Positions 33,624 through 48,680 of a stretch of 64,000 nucleotides of DNA are shown here, piece after piece. The stretch is from Tubiluchus corallicola (lineage: Eukaryota > Animalia > Priapulida): NCBI GenBank assembly GCA_030141605.1, contig JAQGDQ010000929.1, forward strand, positions 1 through 64,000. The letters are read 5' to 3'. Numbering within the stretch: the first letter of the stretch is position 1; each line of letters starts with the position of its first letter. The position numbers were made by a program, and so were the translations under genes. The notes under the pieces are model-generated. The model had not been told where the DNA came from. It saw only the letters and a program-made list of their open reading frames with translations, and did not search any database.

Positions 33624-35396
33624 ACGAAGACTATTCCACTCTGTGAGAGTTGTAATTTTTCTAATTTTGTCAACAGAAAAACCGGGTATTCATAAGAGTC
33701 ACAAAAAACAGGAGCACAGCACGGTACTTTACCTGCTAGTCAAATGGTAAGCCTGTACAAGAGAAAATTACAGTCAATGATTTTAGAACAAAATCAGAAT
33801 AATAACATTTCTTCAGCAAATAAGACAATCACAAAAATCTTCTAGTAAAGCGGGGTTTATAGTCGTGAATGAAACTTAATAAACATAAAAATGAAGGCAA
33901 GGTGATAATGTTAGTGTTCTAATCCATCTGTTCATTGCTTTCGTATAAATTCCATAATGGGCTAATATCAGCAGATGCTCAGTAAGTGATTTATATTCAT
34001 GCAAGAAAGAACTGAATAACGTTGATATTTGTAAAAAAAAATGGCCAGGTCGATCAATTAAATTTACACTAATGCAGTGTAATGTGAGTCAATTAATGTG
34101 ATCTACGTTGATCTAATGCAGAAGGAATAACAACCACTTGTTAAATGTTCTAAGACAGTTATAAATCATTTTTTGATTGCAGAACGAAATAGGGGACAAC
34201 CAAAACTTGAAAATTATCTAGGACTTTACCTTTTAGAAGTTTTTAACATACGCACTGAAATTTTAAAAGCAGATAAGACAGAGCATTTGCACAGGCTGTA
34301 AGAGATTCCAATATTTAACTTTCCCCAATGAGACATTCTAAATAATGTGCTTAAATTTATTCCGCCTGGTAAAATCAAGTTTTTATCAATTAATTGGTTT
34401 TTCAGCTCGCTTTATCCGTATTTTAAATTTTCTTGATAATTTCGGTGACTGTTTTAATGCTATAGAAAACAAGGTGCAGAAACGGAAGAGAAAAACACCA
34501 TTTCCGGATTTCTGTTTAAGTGTTTTCAAACATAAAGTTTAAAAAGATCACCACGAAAACACTTTAAAAATTGTGTTTTGCACCAGCCATGCATTCGACT
34601 TGTGTTACATGGAGTAAAAAATGGGGTCAGTTAATTGTCTCAAACATTTTCCCAGATTTAACTAAGAGCTGCTTGTTTTACATCAAATAAAAGTTTCATC
34701 AATGAGGCACGAGAGTGAGACAAATTGAATGATGTAAGTTGAGCTGTAATTGGGCCACAGCTAAATCGAAAATGTGACGAGGTCGAATTTGAATGAAACA
34801 AAATTCAGTTATTATATAAACAATGCGGCAAATTCAGTGAAGGCAACATTAAGGTCTTCAGATCAATGACTCAAGCAGCTGCACTTACAGAAACGTGGCT
34901 TATGGAACAAGACTATTTCTCATCATGAAATAAATCCATTGTTAAAATAGTGCAAACATCCTGAGTAATGTTGGATTTCAGGAAGTTCTTGGCAAGATCT
35001 TCAAGTCCACGAGTTCTATACTTTTAGCAACATACAATGAAGCAAATACAGTTTCACCAATGAGTATGCATAATTAGTACAAATATACTCTAGAAGTAAG
35101 AAAAATACGCTTGGATCTACATCAGGTATTTCTGTTTCATCATCAGGCTCATGACGCGTAGGTCTAAAAAGCATTTTTTGAAAGAGTTACTCCTCAAACT
35201 AGTAATACACCAGTTAGAGTTAAAAAGAGTTTTCCCCAGATGAAATGTCACAGTCGCCACTGCTGTACACGTTTAAACCTTTGCCCCCAATCTCGCTTTG
35301 CATCCAGGATGTTTGCGCTATTTCAACTGAATATAGCCATTTTGAATATTGTAAAACTCAGTAAGCGAATTTATAGATAATCTAGTAACGACTTAC

Positions 35397-35460
35397 CTTG
35401 TTAGCAATCGCTTCTAACTGCAACGTAGATCACCACTGCGTGCACTCTACAGCTTATATA
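35397..35460 (-). promoter_or_regulatory. Candidate TATA box and short non-coding first exon for copy A
   Basis: TATATAA at 35460-35454, an Inr-like gcagtt about 35 nt downstream, and a consensus donor AAG|gtaagt at 35397. Confidence 0.4.
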
Positions 35461-36930
35461 CAAGGCAGATTGTCTACAGTACACCCACAGCAAAGTTCAC
35501 TTCTTATCATGCCGTTTTTACACACAAAAAGAATCACATGATTTTGGTCGTATGACTGCTGAGAGTTCAAATACAGTTCAAACTTCAGGTCCAACTACAC
35601 CATAGGCCCTTCAAAATTGGGGAGATCGTGCTTAAAGATTTTTACGTATATTTTTTTATTTCAGGAGGATATTGTAACATTTTGTATTGATCTTTTGATT
35701 CATTTAAAACTAAACTAAAATATAAAAAGGAAGAAGACTGAAAATGTAATTTTAAATATAAGCAACTATTTACACTACTGCCGTGTTGAAATATGTGCTA
35801 ATATGGTTTACTATAAATAGCAAAATAGTGATGAATTTGTATAGAATATTTTCATTGACAAACAAAGGATAGCTCTTCTGGTTTATTTAGAAAGTCTGCA
35901 ACAAGTTTACTTGAAGCTTTGTACATGCCACTAAAACATATGATGAGCAAAAATATATTCAAGATGGGTGCAGACGAGTTAGTGGGTGGCTCTGTCCGAG
36001 GAGGGCCCAACAATTTCGTTAGCCTTCTGCCCCAAGAAGGTCGTGAGTATTGTTAAAAAGGGGATTTATTGTCAATAATGAAAAAACGAAATAATAACAT
36101 GTTACATAGCACAAAGTCATGCCTATTTTACACATAGATTTATACATATGTTAGCAAGAACAATGTGGAACATTGGTATGTCGTATGCTTCGTATATCTA
36201 GTCACTGCATCGTTTTTAGCTATAAGCTCAGTGCCGGAGGCTCTATTATAGGTAGTTTTACCCTAATCAAAAATATTTTAACGCCCTTCCTCAACCTCAT
36301 CCACACAGGGGCGTATTTAGAAAAAGGGCGTTTATGGAAAGCACTAGCACTGAAATTGCACCACATTGCAAACACATGACATCAATCTTTTTTTAGTTTA
36401 ATTTATTCTTTTCAAATATAACCAGAGAGTATTGTATTAAGACATAGAACGAACTATTGAAAAAAGAAGAAGAAGTGGAAAAGCGAATTGAGGAATAAAT
36501 TTGTGAGGTAAATGTGTGATAAGAATGAGATGATATACAACCAAATGCAACTCCCCTTGTTTAAATAACAGTTTTATTGGCGTTTTTATAACCATTGTTC
36601 AAGTTTATATGTATAAGATTAAGTATTAAAGTGTTATGCTTCTCACACACATAAAAGGGCGGATCATCCATTTGAAGAATTGCTGAGTGGTGCCCTTTTT
36701 CAAGTGGTGCCCGTGGTACCTGCCAAAGCTGCCATTCCCTAGATGCCGCCGCCTTCACAACCTCTCCCACCTCGGGTCAACCCTTGCCCTCGAAGTCTTT
36801 GATCTTTTATTATAAGCTAATAAGCTTATAACTAGATAATTAAGCAAATTTGACTGCAAGCAACTTGTTTATTAGTAGTGAAATAATGGAAGGATTTGCT
36901 GTTTTCAACAGTTAGTTCAATTTTAAAGAG

Positions 36931-37600
36931 TTACTGCTGTGCAGCTGTTTTTACCTGTAATTTCCCAGCTAATATTTTTTCTAAAAAACTCGTTTCACAG
37001 AGAAAACAATATGCCAGATATATTTTTTTAAAAAGAAGTAGAAAAATTTCGGTTTCGTTTTCAATGCTCTGCTCTGATATTATCTCGGTAAATTTCCACT
37101 GCTGTTTTTCCACTAGGAATGTCTGATGTTTACCCCTATTGTGTACTAATGAGATAAAAGAGTAAACTCTTAGTAAACCCAATAATTTCTTGGTCTTGGC
37201 TGAGAGTTTGACTGTCAATGATGCGACTGTCTTGGTCAGCGTCTGAACTGAATTTTGTATGTTACTTAAAATGTGACCTTGTTGTAGCAGTGAACCTGCA
37301 AATAGTCGTAGCGTATTTCGAGTCATTTCTGGCAAGTTTTCCGGTAATTCTTGTGAAATTAAACCAATTTCCATAGGTTCAGAATTATCTGGGAAACTAT
37401 TAGCTGCCTCACTTATCGCTAAAGTTAAAGTTGTGGGAGGCTCTCTAAGCAAATATTGTCTGACTTGGTCTCCACGTATACCCAATGTAAATAATTGGAC
37501 TAAAAATGACTGAAATGCCGGTTGTGTAATTTCATCTTCTGATTTAGCAATATGCGCTAATTTCATTATTCGATCTCCGAAGGCTTGAAGTTTCTCCTTT
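36931..37600 (-). mobile_element. Ty3/Gypsy-like gag fragment
   Basis: EKLQAFGDRIMKLA...QLFTLGIRGDQVRQYLLREPPTTLTLAISEA...EPMEIG resembles a retrotransposon gag capsid C-terminus with the PME motif. No pol or LTR was seen. Confidence 0.65.
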
Positions 37601-38046
37601 TTGCTGTCTGGCTCGAGTTAACCCTATAAAAGCTTTATTAAGCGAATTTAAGAAATTTATAAAAAGCTGCGCAATTTACAGTAGTATAGTAAATGATGTT
37701 TACGACCCCCCAAAATGTTCAATATACAATTTGAAGTTTATTTACAACCCACCAAAATAAGCATGATTTAACATACAAACAACGGTTTTCTAACACTCTC
37801 TAACACAAACAGGAAGAGGTTTATCGAGCAAAAATAGGATGGAAGAAAACGTGCATTACTTACAGTCGGTACTTCAGTGTTGGAGATCAGTTTAAACAGC
37901 AATAAACAGCTTAGTAATAAAACCAGGTTTTGAAAAACTGTTTCCTGTAAAGGAACTGGTCAGGTTACCAGTAAAATAAATCGTTGTATTGGTTGTATAA
38001 AGCTGATTATTGGTGTTTTAGGGATGGCAAAACTATGAAGAGTCAG

Positions 38047-38205
38047 ACTATAAAACTACACGTTTATTGAACATCAAACACAATAAATATAACAGATAGT
38101 AATGCCAAGCCCACTGATCTAGTCTGCTTATAAAACTACACGTTAATTGAACATCAAACACAATAAACATAGCACATAGTAATGCCAAGCCCACTGACCT
38201 AGTCT
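38047..38205. repeat. ~80-bp direct duplication
   Basis: tataaaactacacgtt.attgaacatcaaacacaataaa...gtaatgccaagcccactga.ctagtctgct occurs twice. Confidence 0.8.
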
Positions 38206-38545
38206 GCTCTCCTTCAGCTCCCAGACTCAATCCCCTGAGCTGGGCGCATCATAAGGTTTATATATCACGCACCGAGCTTCGATACCACGATTCTGAATCA
38301 CTTGCTCACGTGACAAAAAGTTTAATTTTAATAAAGTATTGATACACTGAAATGAATTTTAAAATACTCATTAGTTACAGTGAGGTGCAATGCAGCTGAA
38401 ATGTGATCAATTCATACAGCTGACCTTATAAAGTCGTTAGTCTGCAGCACGAAAACTGATTCACGATACATATTCTTGCTCCGCCTAAAGACCTCACATG
38501 AAGTTTACAGGCCTAGCTAACTTACATCAACGCTAAATATAGCAA

Positions 38546-39026
<481 letters not shown>

Positions 39027-40318
39027 AATGCTGCTACAAATGCTACACTGAGTTACAATAGCGAAGTTATGAACGCAGTTTATATGCTGTACCTGTGGTC
39101 TCTCTCCCCGTCTCCCTTGTAACTTTTGTAAGTTTGTGCGCGTGCTTCTCTTACTTCATCTCTCCCTTTTCTTTTTACATATAAAACAAAGCACGAATAA
39201 ATGAATAAAAAAATCATTTTCTAACCGTTCATCTCTCATACAAACATCATAAGACTTCGACATTTTTCTCTGATGTTTACACTAAACTGTATTAAAGTGG
39301 AGTTTAAAAGAATCTAGGTAATAAAGTCACAGGTAACCCTGCGAATTCAAGTAAATCAGTTGCTTCGTTGAAGAAAGGTATAAATGTAAAATGTAAAAAA
39401 TTACGCACATAGTTTAATGGTGAAGTTATTTCAAAGCAATCATTGAATGATATGAAGTTCTAAAGGTTCTAAACGATAGTTTAACAGGCTATGAACACTG
39501 AATTTATTTCTTTGAAGATTGTTTGAAACCTTTTTATGTGACAAGTGTGCATCTTCCTTGCTCTCTTTTTATTTCATATTAAAATATAACACCCAGTGTA
39601 ATATCACATTAACTTAAACTCAAATTACTATTGTATATAAAGGAACAATTTTCTGTGTGGTTGCTAGGTTTCTTGTTTCTTTTTTAAAAAAATGTTACCT
39701 TGGAAATACGCCGAAATGGTTTTAATTGTGGCTAATACCTGGCTATGTTACGGCGCTTAGGGTTTTGTATTCAATTATACTTCAGTGAATTTTGATGAAT
39801 GTAAAATTGTATAGGTGAAGCGTGTTTCCACACTTGTGACAAACAACAAACTTACAATTGATCTTACTCAAGTGAAACCATTATGCCCTAAGAATGTCCA
39901 ATGTTTCGTATACAAAATGAAGAAGAAAAAGCAAACGTATACTGGTTGACAAGAAGATTACTAATAAATTTGATTTATTATTATACATGAACAAAAATCC
40001 AAAATAATAATATCGTAAAAAAAGCCTTACATGTGTTGTAAGTCTACTCCGTGTATCACTCTACTACGATCAGATTATTATGTATACCTTTATTACATCA
40101 ACTTACGGATATCAGAAGAATCGGACAAAATCTAGACCGTTAAAAAATCTCATAGCAGACAACGAACACAGTCCGTTGTTTCACAATCTGACCGCTAGTT
40201 GGCGGGCCGTCACTTGTTTTACAAAGCTTATGTTAATCTTCAGAAGAAATACAAACAATATTTATGTACATATTTACTCTGCTTAGCAATATATTCATTA
40301 ATCAATATTGATATTACC

Positions 40319-40786
40319 ACATTCTTGACGCTTTTTCACATAATGCAAATGAATGTATGATTGTACATAAGGATACCTGCCATTTTCAATAAACTCTGGC
40401 AACATTCTTGACGCTTTGTCACCTAATGCATATAAATGTATGATTGTACATAAGGATACCTGCCATTTTCAATAAACTCTGGCAACATTCTTGACGCTTT
40501 GTCGCCTAATGCATATAAATGTATGATTGTACATAAGGATACCTGCCATTTTCAATAAACTCTGGCAACATTTTTGACGCTTTGTCGCCTAATGCATATA
40601 AATGTATGATTGTACATAAGGATACCTGCCATTTTCAATAAACTCTGGCAACATTCTTGACGCTTTGTCGCCTAATGCATATAAATGTATGATTGTACAT
40701 AAGGATACCTGCCATTTTCAATAAACTCTGGCAACATTCTTGACGCTTTTTCACCTAATGCATATGAATGTATGATTGTACATAAG
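40319..40786. repeat. 83-bp tandem repeat (~5.6 copies)
   Basis: acattcttgacgctttgtcgcctaatgcatataaatgtatgattgtacataaggatacctgcc...; period 83. Confidence 0.95.
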
Positions 40787-42253
40787 TACATGTATGTAGT
40801 GATTCCCAGAGTGGGTATTGTGCCTATAGTAAAGGTACTGAGAATACTATAATGGCACTATTTTTGTCTTAAATGAAACTGCACAAGAGTGACATAGAAT
40901 ATTGCAGCGATGTTTACGTTAAACTTCTGTGATCACTTTAGCTTGAATGATACCCTTAGCACTTACAGGCGACAATAATGTACTTGGTACGACTGTGTAT
41001 ATTTCTAATAGTTCAGGTAAATTAATAACTGACAGTTGTTTCATGCTGGTGATGTATTTATGTAGGACCTCAAACTTCTTACATGCCTCAAATTTACAGA
41101 TGTATTTTAATATTATGAGGCTAACCTGTTCTTATTTCGACTTGCTCATTAATAAGCTACCTTAGTTAATTACTTACGTAAAGAAATTAAGAACGTAAAT
41201 TATCATCATGCTCAACTGATATACAGAAGCATACTAAAAAGTGTTGTATATCAGATACATAATTATGAACTGATGATACTTTTCATAATTATTGTTACAA
41301 TTATATTGTATTAATTTGTAACTTCAGTTTTTTGCACTTCTTTGTCATATTGATAATGTGCTTTTCAGAAAATCTGTTATATTTTAGTGCTAGCTACAAA
41401 TGGGGGCTATATTTAGAGTCTAAAGCGATGTAAGTTAAATTTTATTACATTTCCATTTGCACAGAGTAGTAAGTACTCTTGATATTCTTGAATGTTATTT
41501 TTATGATAACGCTGTAAGTGCCAGAGACAAAAGTAATTAATTTGCTTCGTAGTAATATGCCCACAATTATATTATTATATGCACAACATTGTTGATGTTG
41601 GTGGAGAAAAATCCACTTTATTGATATAAATTTCTAGATAATAAAAATTTAGTTATGAATCTTAAAGTACATTGGTATAGAATTTGACAACAGAAAGCGG
41701 TGTTTTTAAAATTATTATATTACACTTGTAATCATATTGTATGAGATTCATTGTGTGAATTGGAACTCGAGGCTATTTTTATTTTGACATTAGAGTGCTG
41801 TAATTTATTGTATATTGCATGCTTTTAATAATTTATGAGATTTTAAGCCAGGGCAAAGAAACTTTACTTATGACAAGTTGTTTAAATGAATCTGGCGAAA
41901 GTTTTGTAAACATAAAAATTACTAGTGTGAGTGTTATGATAAAAACGCTTGCTGAGATGAGTGAGTTAACGTCAATATTTTTGTTAAGTAAACAAAAATT
42001 GCAAAAAATTGTTATTGTTATTACCAGCAAAGAAAACATTATTGATCCATGTGTTGTTGATTGTTGTAATGGTGATTTTTGTGTCACTTTAGTGGTCCTG
42101 TTTGTTTTATCCTTTGGAAAATACATAATGTTGTCAGAAAATGGAGATTGTTTTTTTTAATTTTTTGTGTTCTAAGACTAACAATGATAGTTTGAAGTAA
42201 ACTAAATCATTTTGCCTATCATGTGTTTTTAAAATGGCAAATAAAGATTTTAG

Positions 42254-42408
42254 TACTACTACAACTACTACTATTACTACTACTACTACAACTACTACTA
42301 CTACTTCAACTACTACTATTACTACTACTACTACGACTACTACTATTACTACTACTACTACAACTACTACTACTACTTCTACTACTACTACTACTACTAC
42401 TACTACTG

Positions 42409-42473
<65 letters not shown>

Positions 42474-42481
42474 GCTGCTGC

Positions 42482-42542
<61 letters not shown>

Positions 42543-42562
42543 GCTGCTGCTACTGCTACTGC
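42254..42562 (+). repeat. Compound (CTA)n-(CTG)n microsatellite at a LINE 3' tail
   Basis: Directly follows tgtttttaaaatggcaaataaagatttta, which recurs at 43332-43360. Confidence 0.95.
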
Positions 42563-42869
42563 ATAAACAATATTTTTGGGCAGTAAAATGAAACATTGCC
42601 AGTTTGTTACATAGAGGTAAAAATTGTGTGATTTGTCGAGATGGTAAAATTTTTAAGTGATAATACTTTGCATGGGAATGCAAGCAATTTTGAAAGAAAC
42701 CGCATATCTTAAAATTACTTTAAATTTTAAGTTAACATCTGTTTTGAAACTTTGCAAGAAAGCTAGTTTATGTATGAGCTTAAAAGCATTACCAATTTTT
42801 AATGTGTGATAATGATGTCCCACGGCGCTAGATGACACCACCATGTAGGCAGTTGCACTAATAATTGTT

Positions 42870-43365
42870 TAACGTCTGTTTTTCTATAAATATATCAACA
42901 ATATTAATTCTCCGTTCAAAACCAATAAGCTCCCACTTCATAAAAACCCCAGTATGAATAACAGAACACTAAATTTAAGAAACATTAGAACGAACAATCA
43001 ATATGGAAAGAATTCCATTACTAACTAAGCAATACAACTTTGGGATTTATTACCGACATCACTAAAACACAGCAGCTCTTTATCAATATTCAAGTCTAAA
43101 TTAAAAAAACATTTAATGACTCGTTTTGAATATCCGACATACGAACACGATGATACTCACTCAAATCATAATTTCATTTTTCCTAGACCTTGCTAAACTA
43201 GTTTATATTTTATTTATGAATTTCTAGTTGCACTTATAGTTTAGCTTTCACCAGACGCATTTGTCCAGAACAGTGTATGTTTTTATATGAACTAACACTG
43301 ATTGTCTGTCTTTTTTAGTAAGATGGTAAAATGTTTTTAAAATGGCAAATAAAGATTTTACTACT
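42870..43365 (+). mobile_element. 5'-truncated CR1/L2-type LINE 3' end
   Basis: Translates as RTNNQYGKNSITN*AIQLWDLLPTSLKHSSSLSIFKSKLKKHL, a typical ORF2 C-terminus, followed by a 3' UTR ending aataaagattttactact. Confidence 0.7.
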
Positions 43366-46300
43366 GACTAGGGTCGGTTCTAAAAATCTGCTTTGGTGTT
43401 TGCGTACTAGTCCTTGTACTTGGCCGCACTTATTGTGGGAATGTCTTTGACGACCAAGTGGCAATTTCACACAAATCTACGAATTTCGAATGTAGCAAAG
43501 TTGTGAGGATTGATGACCTTATGGGAGAACTTGCTGAGGTAACCAAATCGCAAGATTTTCTAAGCCACGAATTTGGTGGTTTTCAAGAACAACTGAACAA
43601 ATATCAACAAGACATGGGACATTTGAGAAACGAAAGCAAGGTACTGAAAACCACTGTTAAAACATTACAAAACAGAATAAAAACTACCGAGAGTGAACTA
43701 GACAAACTAGAACAATATGAGCGTAGAGACACATTGGAGATAGCTGGAATTCCTGTAATTCCTCATGAAGTTACAAATGACATAGTGCTAAGTGTAGCCA
43801 GAAATATGGGAGTGGAAGTGCACCTGCAAGATATTAGTACATCACATAGACTGGCAGCACCTAAAAATGGAGGGCCTGCACGAATTATTGTAAAGTTCAC
43901 AAGATGTGACAAACGGGATGAACTTTATGGTACTAGAAGAAATGCCGGAAGCACTAAAAATCTTGACTATGCATCGTATACTGATAACCGGATCTATATC
44001 AACGAATCCTTCACTTAAACAAGGAGAAAACTACACAAACAATGTAGGGACTATGCTAAGGACCTGAAAATGAAGTACTGCTTGACAAAGTACGGGAAAA
44101 TGTTCTTGCGAAGCGATGATTCAAGCCAAGTCATTGAAATTCAATGTGAGGAGGACCTAGGTAAACTTTAAAAATCAATACAAGGTGTTATTGCACCACA
44201 AAATTTATTTCCATGTGTAACCTGTTGTAAACCTTGTAAAAATAACCAAAATTGTATCTGTTGTGACGTTTGTAACATGTGGGTACACCTCAAGTGTACC
44301 ATGCTGAATGTGAATGAATTTAATCACTATGCTCTGTCTTCTGATAATTACTTTTGTTTAAAATGTATAAATGAATCTTTGCCTTTTCAGTGTACTGATG
44401 ATGCTGATTTATGCGAATTGTTTTCAAATCTAACAAATGTATACTGTCTGTCTTCTTTACTTGATTTTCCTTCACTCGCAAAACCAAAATGGGATGATGC
44501 TGATCCTGATGCACATCTTACCAGGTTTGATAGTAAATACTATAGTTTGCATGCACTAGAGACAAATTCTAATCTAAAAAAGTCTAACAATGATTTATTA
44601 ATAGTACATTTTAATCTCAATAGTATTCAGAAGAGATTTTCTAATATGCCAGATGTACTCATGCACTTTACTGTTCCTCCTGATATTATTGGAATATTGG
44701 AAACAAGATTGAACGAAATTAATCAATCTTTTATAACGAGTTTACCTAACTATACTTTCTTGCATGTTGATTCTAAAACTTGCGCAGGTGGAGTAGCTAT
44801 ATATCTTAAATCGGGTTTGAGGTATACAGTAAATTAATCAAATATTGGCAACTTGATAGTTAAAAAGAAAATTAAAATCAGGGATAAACGGAATTTTAAC
44901 ATGATTTCATTTCTGGAGGATTTGCAAAATAAGATCGATGCTGTTGACTTTTCCGAGGTGCCAACTAATTCTGCCTTCTCTACTCTTTTCCAAATATATG
45001 AAGAAGTTCTTAATAAACATGCCCCACTTAAGACATTGACAAGAACTGAAAAAGTAACTTTCTCCAAGCCATGGTTAACTAAAGGTATTCTTGTATCAAT
45101 AAAAACTAAAAGTAGATTATACAAGGACTGTACGACAACAACTAGTATCTTAAAAATTAATCAATATAAACAATTTTCTAATAAACTTAATCATCTCATA
45201 AATTTAGCCAAAAGAAATTATTATTGTACTTTACTACATGATAATAAAACTAATATTAAAAAGACTTGGGCAGCATTGAATGATTTGATCAATAGACAAA
45301 ACAAGGAGCGCATAACTCCAACCAAACTAGTAATAAATCATGCTGAGATTACGGAACCCCCTGCTATCTGTGAATTCAGGAATAATTATTTTGCATCGGT
45401 TGGTTCTGATATGGTAAAAAAAGTACCACCTACTCCAATAACATTTCATTCTTTCCTTAGAATGCCTAATCAGAATTCCTTCTTTCTTACGTCAATTATC
45501 GAATACGAAGTTTATTCTGCTATTGCTGCATTAAAAATCAATAAATCAGCAGGACCCGAAAACATCTGGAATAATTTTTTTAAAATTTTACGGTCCATTA
45601 TTACTCCATTATTAACTATGCTGTTCAATAAATATGTAGAAGAGGGCATCTATCCTGACGTCTTGAAAATTGCAAAAATAATCCCGATTTACAAATCTGA
45701 TTCTCCCATTAATCCCTCTAATTATAGACCAATATCTCTCTTATCTCCCATATCAACGATTTTTGAAAAATTAATTTACTCTAGGCTAGCTAAATTTCTT
45801 TAAAAAGAACAAATTTTAACTACATTCCAATTTGGATTCAGAAAAATCATTCTACATCTTTAGCTGTGTCAGAAATAATTGAAAACGTTCTAGCGAATAT
45901 TGATAAGGGGAAAACTACTTGTGCTATATTTTTAGATTTATTGAAAGCATTCGACACGGTACAACATGACATTTTGTTATATAAGTTATCTTACTATGGT
46001 ATCAGGGGACGTCCTCTAGCACTTATCACGTCTTACCTTACTAATAGGAAACAGTTTACGTCTATTGACTCATCGGAGTCTAAACTTGCTGATATAACCT
46101 GTGGTGTCCCACAGGGTTCTACATTGGGTCCATTGTTATTTCTTTTATATATTAATGATCTGCCATCTTGTTCGCAATTTAACACCAGATTGTTTGCCAA
46201 TCACACCAACATATCAAAACATTCGAACATTCAGTAAATGTGGAACTGGAGAATATTAATAAATGGATGCAAGCAAATAAGCTATCGATAAATTATAAAA

Positions 46301-47240
46301 AACAAAATATATGTTAATTGGAAACAAGGAACATAACAATAGTTTAAACATAAATATGGGAGAAATCAAATATCTTGGCATATTTATAGATAGTAGAATT
46401 ACTTCGAAAACACATGTACAGCATATAGTCAACAAAATTAGCAAATTAAGTGGAGTATTAGCTAGAATACGACACTACATAAATGTAGATGCACTACGGC
46501 TCTTATATTCTTCTCTTGTCATGCCATATCTGAGTTGTGGCATTCTCGCCTGGGGTAGTGCTTCAGCATCGGTCTTAAAATTATTGGTTTCTAAACAAAA
46601 CAAGATTATCAAACTTATAGCATTTACTAGAAAAGGGAACATATAACACCTTTGTATTTGCAATTAAATCTACTAAAAGTATATGATCTGTATAAATTAG
46701 AATTGCTCAAGTTTGTATATAAATTCAAAAATAATTCACTTCCGGATCTCTTCAGCAATTATTATACTTTAGCATGTCACATGCATCACCATTCTACTAG
46801 GTTTGCTACAACCCAATCTTATTTTATTGAAAGATTTAACTCATCTAAAGGCCAGAATTCTTTAAAACACCAAGGATCTTTGCTGTGGAATTCATTATCG
46901 GATCAATTAAAGTCAAGTAACTACAAAAAGTTAATTCTAAACTATAAAAAACAACTTATTGCAGGATACAAATGAATGAGAATTTTACTTATGTACTTGT
47001 AATACCTATACATATTTTTTTCATTGTTACGACACTTTAAGTTTTTGCTATATTTTGATTTCATTTTTTTCTGATTTACAGTTGATATAGTTTTTCGATG
47101 GTTTAATTTATTATATTTTCTTTCTCGACAACTTTAGTCATTGATGCTATTATTACAACATTTCAGTTTTGTTTTTTCTTATTTACCTCTGTTTTTTTGC
47201 TTTGTTTTGAATGATTTATATTTGCCTTATAAACTAGAAA
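43366..47240 (+). mobile_element. Decayed near-full-length CR1/L2-group LINE (ORF1; PHD-APE-RT ORF2)
   Basis: ORF1 has a coiled coil plus LEQYERRDTLEIAGIP and IYINESFT. ORF2 has a PHD (C..C...CDVCNMWVHLKC), an APE start (HFNLNS, ILETRL, GGVAIY) truncated by a deletion at ~44835, and RT motifs NYRPISLL, FLDLLKAFDTV and GVPQGSTLGPLLF; YADD has decayed to FANH. Several stops and frameshifts; ends approximate. Confidence 0.92.
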
Positions 47241-48680
47241 ATAAACTTGTGGTTTCACTAACCAAGTGTGCCGTGGCAATTTCGTCATTGCTTACGTCAG
47301 AAAGTAACCATAGTTTGTGCAATGACAGGCATCTTATCTTGCGAGTCAAGCACGTTTGCATAAGTGTTACTGCCTAAACGCATGATATCGTGAAAATGGG
47401 CTCTATGTCATACGACATCAGAAACTAACATTACAGTTCATGATCATGGTTATCACGGTACAGCTTTCTATTTGTCGGCCACGCGAATGTGACAAAAAAG
47501 GCGCCATTGCCAGTCTTAGTAGATTCACAAAGCCGCACGTAGCTTTGAAAGTTTAACGAAATTTGAGTATCCGAGGTAATTATTATTTAATCTAAGCTTT
47601 GATTTAAAAAAAGCTAATAAAAGTTTTCAATATTTTAGAACATTCTTTATTCTGAACTCGTGTTTACACAATCAGCTGGTTTTCCTTTAAATCTGCCAGT
47701 TTCATACTTTAATGAAACCAGACATATATGCCAGGCAAATAGTCATGTGCAGTCTTATTACTTCCAGGCCTGTTACAATTCATTTCCAGGTGCTGCCACC
47801 TATATCCAAATTTATGAAAGCCTGCCTACACTTTTTAGACGTATCTAAAAACGGCTCGTGCTTCTCAGATATCATTAGAAACCGGAGCACATTTTTCATA
47901 CACTATCAGGCACTTGCTTTTACTTCTCAAGTGTCACGTCACCAGTAAGAATTTTTTGAGTTGTTGTTGTTAGCCAATCGCTAGAACTACTGTTGTTCAA
48001 CTATTACACTGCATCATATATTGCTGAACATAAAAATGACATCTTTGTTATAGTTGTTGTAATCTAAACACATGTGGGGCATCGTGGCTATCAATTTTAT
48101 TTGATGTGAGAAATGGACTTTTCATTTTCTACTCTTGTTGCAAGCTTTAGGCAGGGCAAAATGTTCATTCTAAGAAAGTTTGACCTCGTTCATACGACAG
48201 AAATGGCGTTTTTCGTTGCTTTGATATGCCATGTATTTAACTCAGTTGATTGAATCCAGAAGTGTCAATCTAAACGTTGGAAGCTCAGAATCTTTCAAGG
48301 GTTTTTCTGATTTGTTTAATGGGGGATCCATGTTTAAATTAGTTAATGGGGGTAGCCCAAGCCTTTATTTTCCTTTGTACCAACTAACTCCCTGTTAGTG
48401 ATTGAATTAGAGAATGGATGGTAATCATGGATGAATATTCAATACGTTAAAACGAAGATATATGTTTCCTCGTATAAACTTCACTTGTTTTGCACATCTG
48501 CGTGGAGATGTAATTTTAGATATGCCATACAGATACACCTTGACAGTGTACATGTATAGTCACCTAGAAAAGTTAGTTCAGGTAGAGAGCTGCTTACATT
48601 TGGATGTTAAAAGCAGCCATGTTAATAAAAAGCAGTGAATAAATGTTGGTAACAACATAAAAGTGATTGTGGAGCCGACA

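Noticed and set aside
42223-42683. Poly-L, poly-T/A and poly-S ORFs (mucin-like)
   Set aside because: Translations of the (CTA)n(CTG)n microsatellite at a LINE tail.
47640-48680. Possible second LINE endonuclease/RT relic upstream of the hnRNP exon
   Set aside because: Only faint motifs (FNETRH, GAATYI); too decayed to call without a search.
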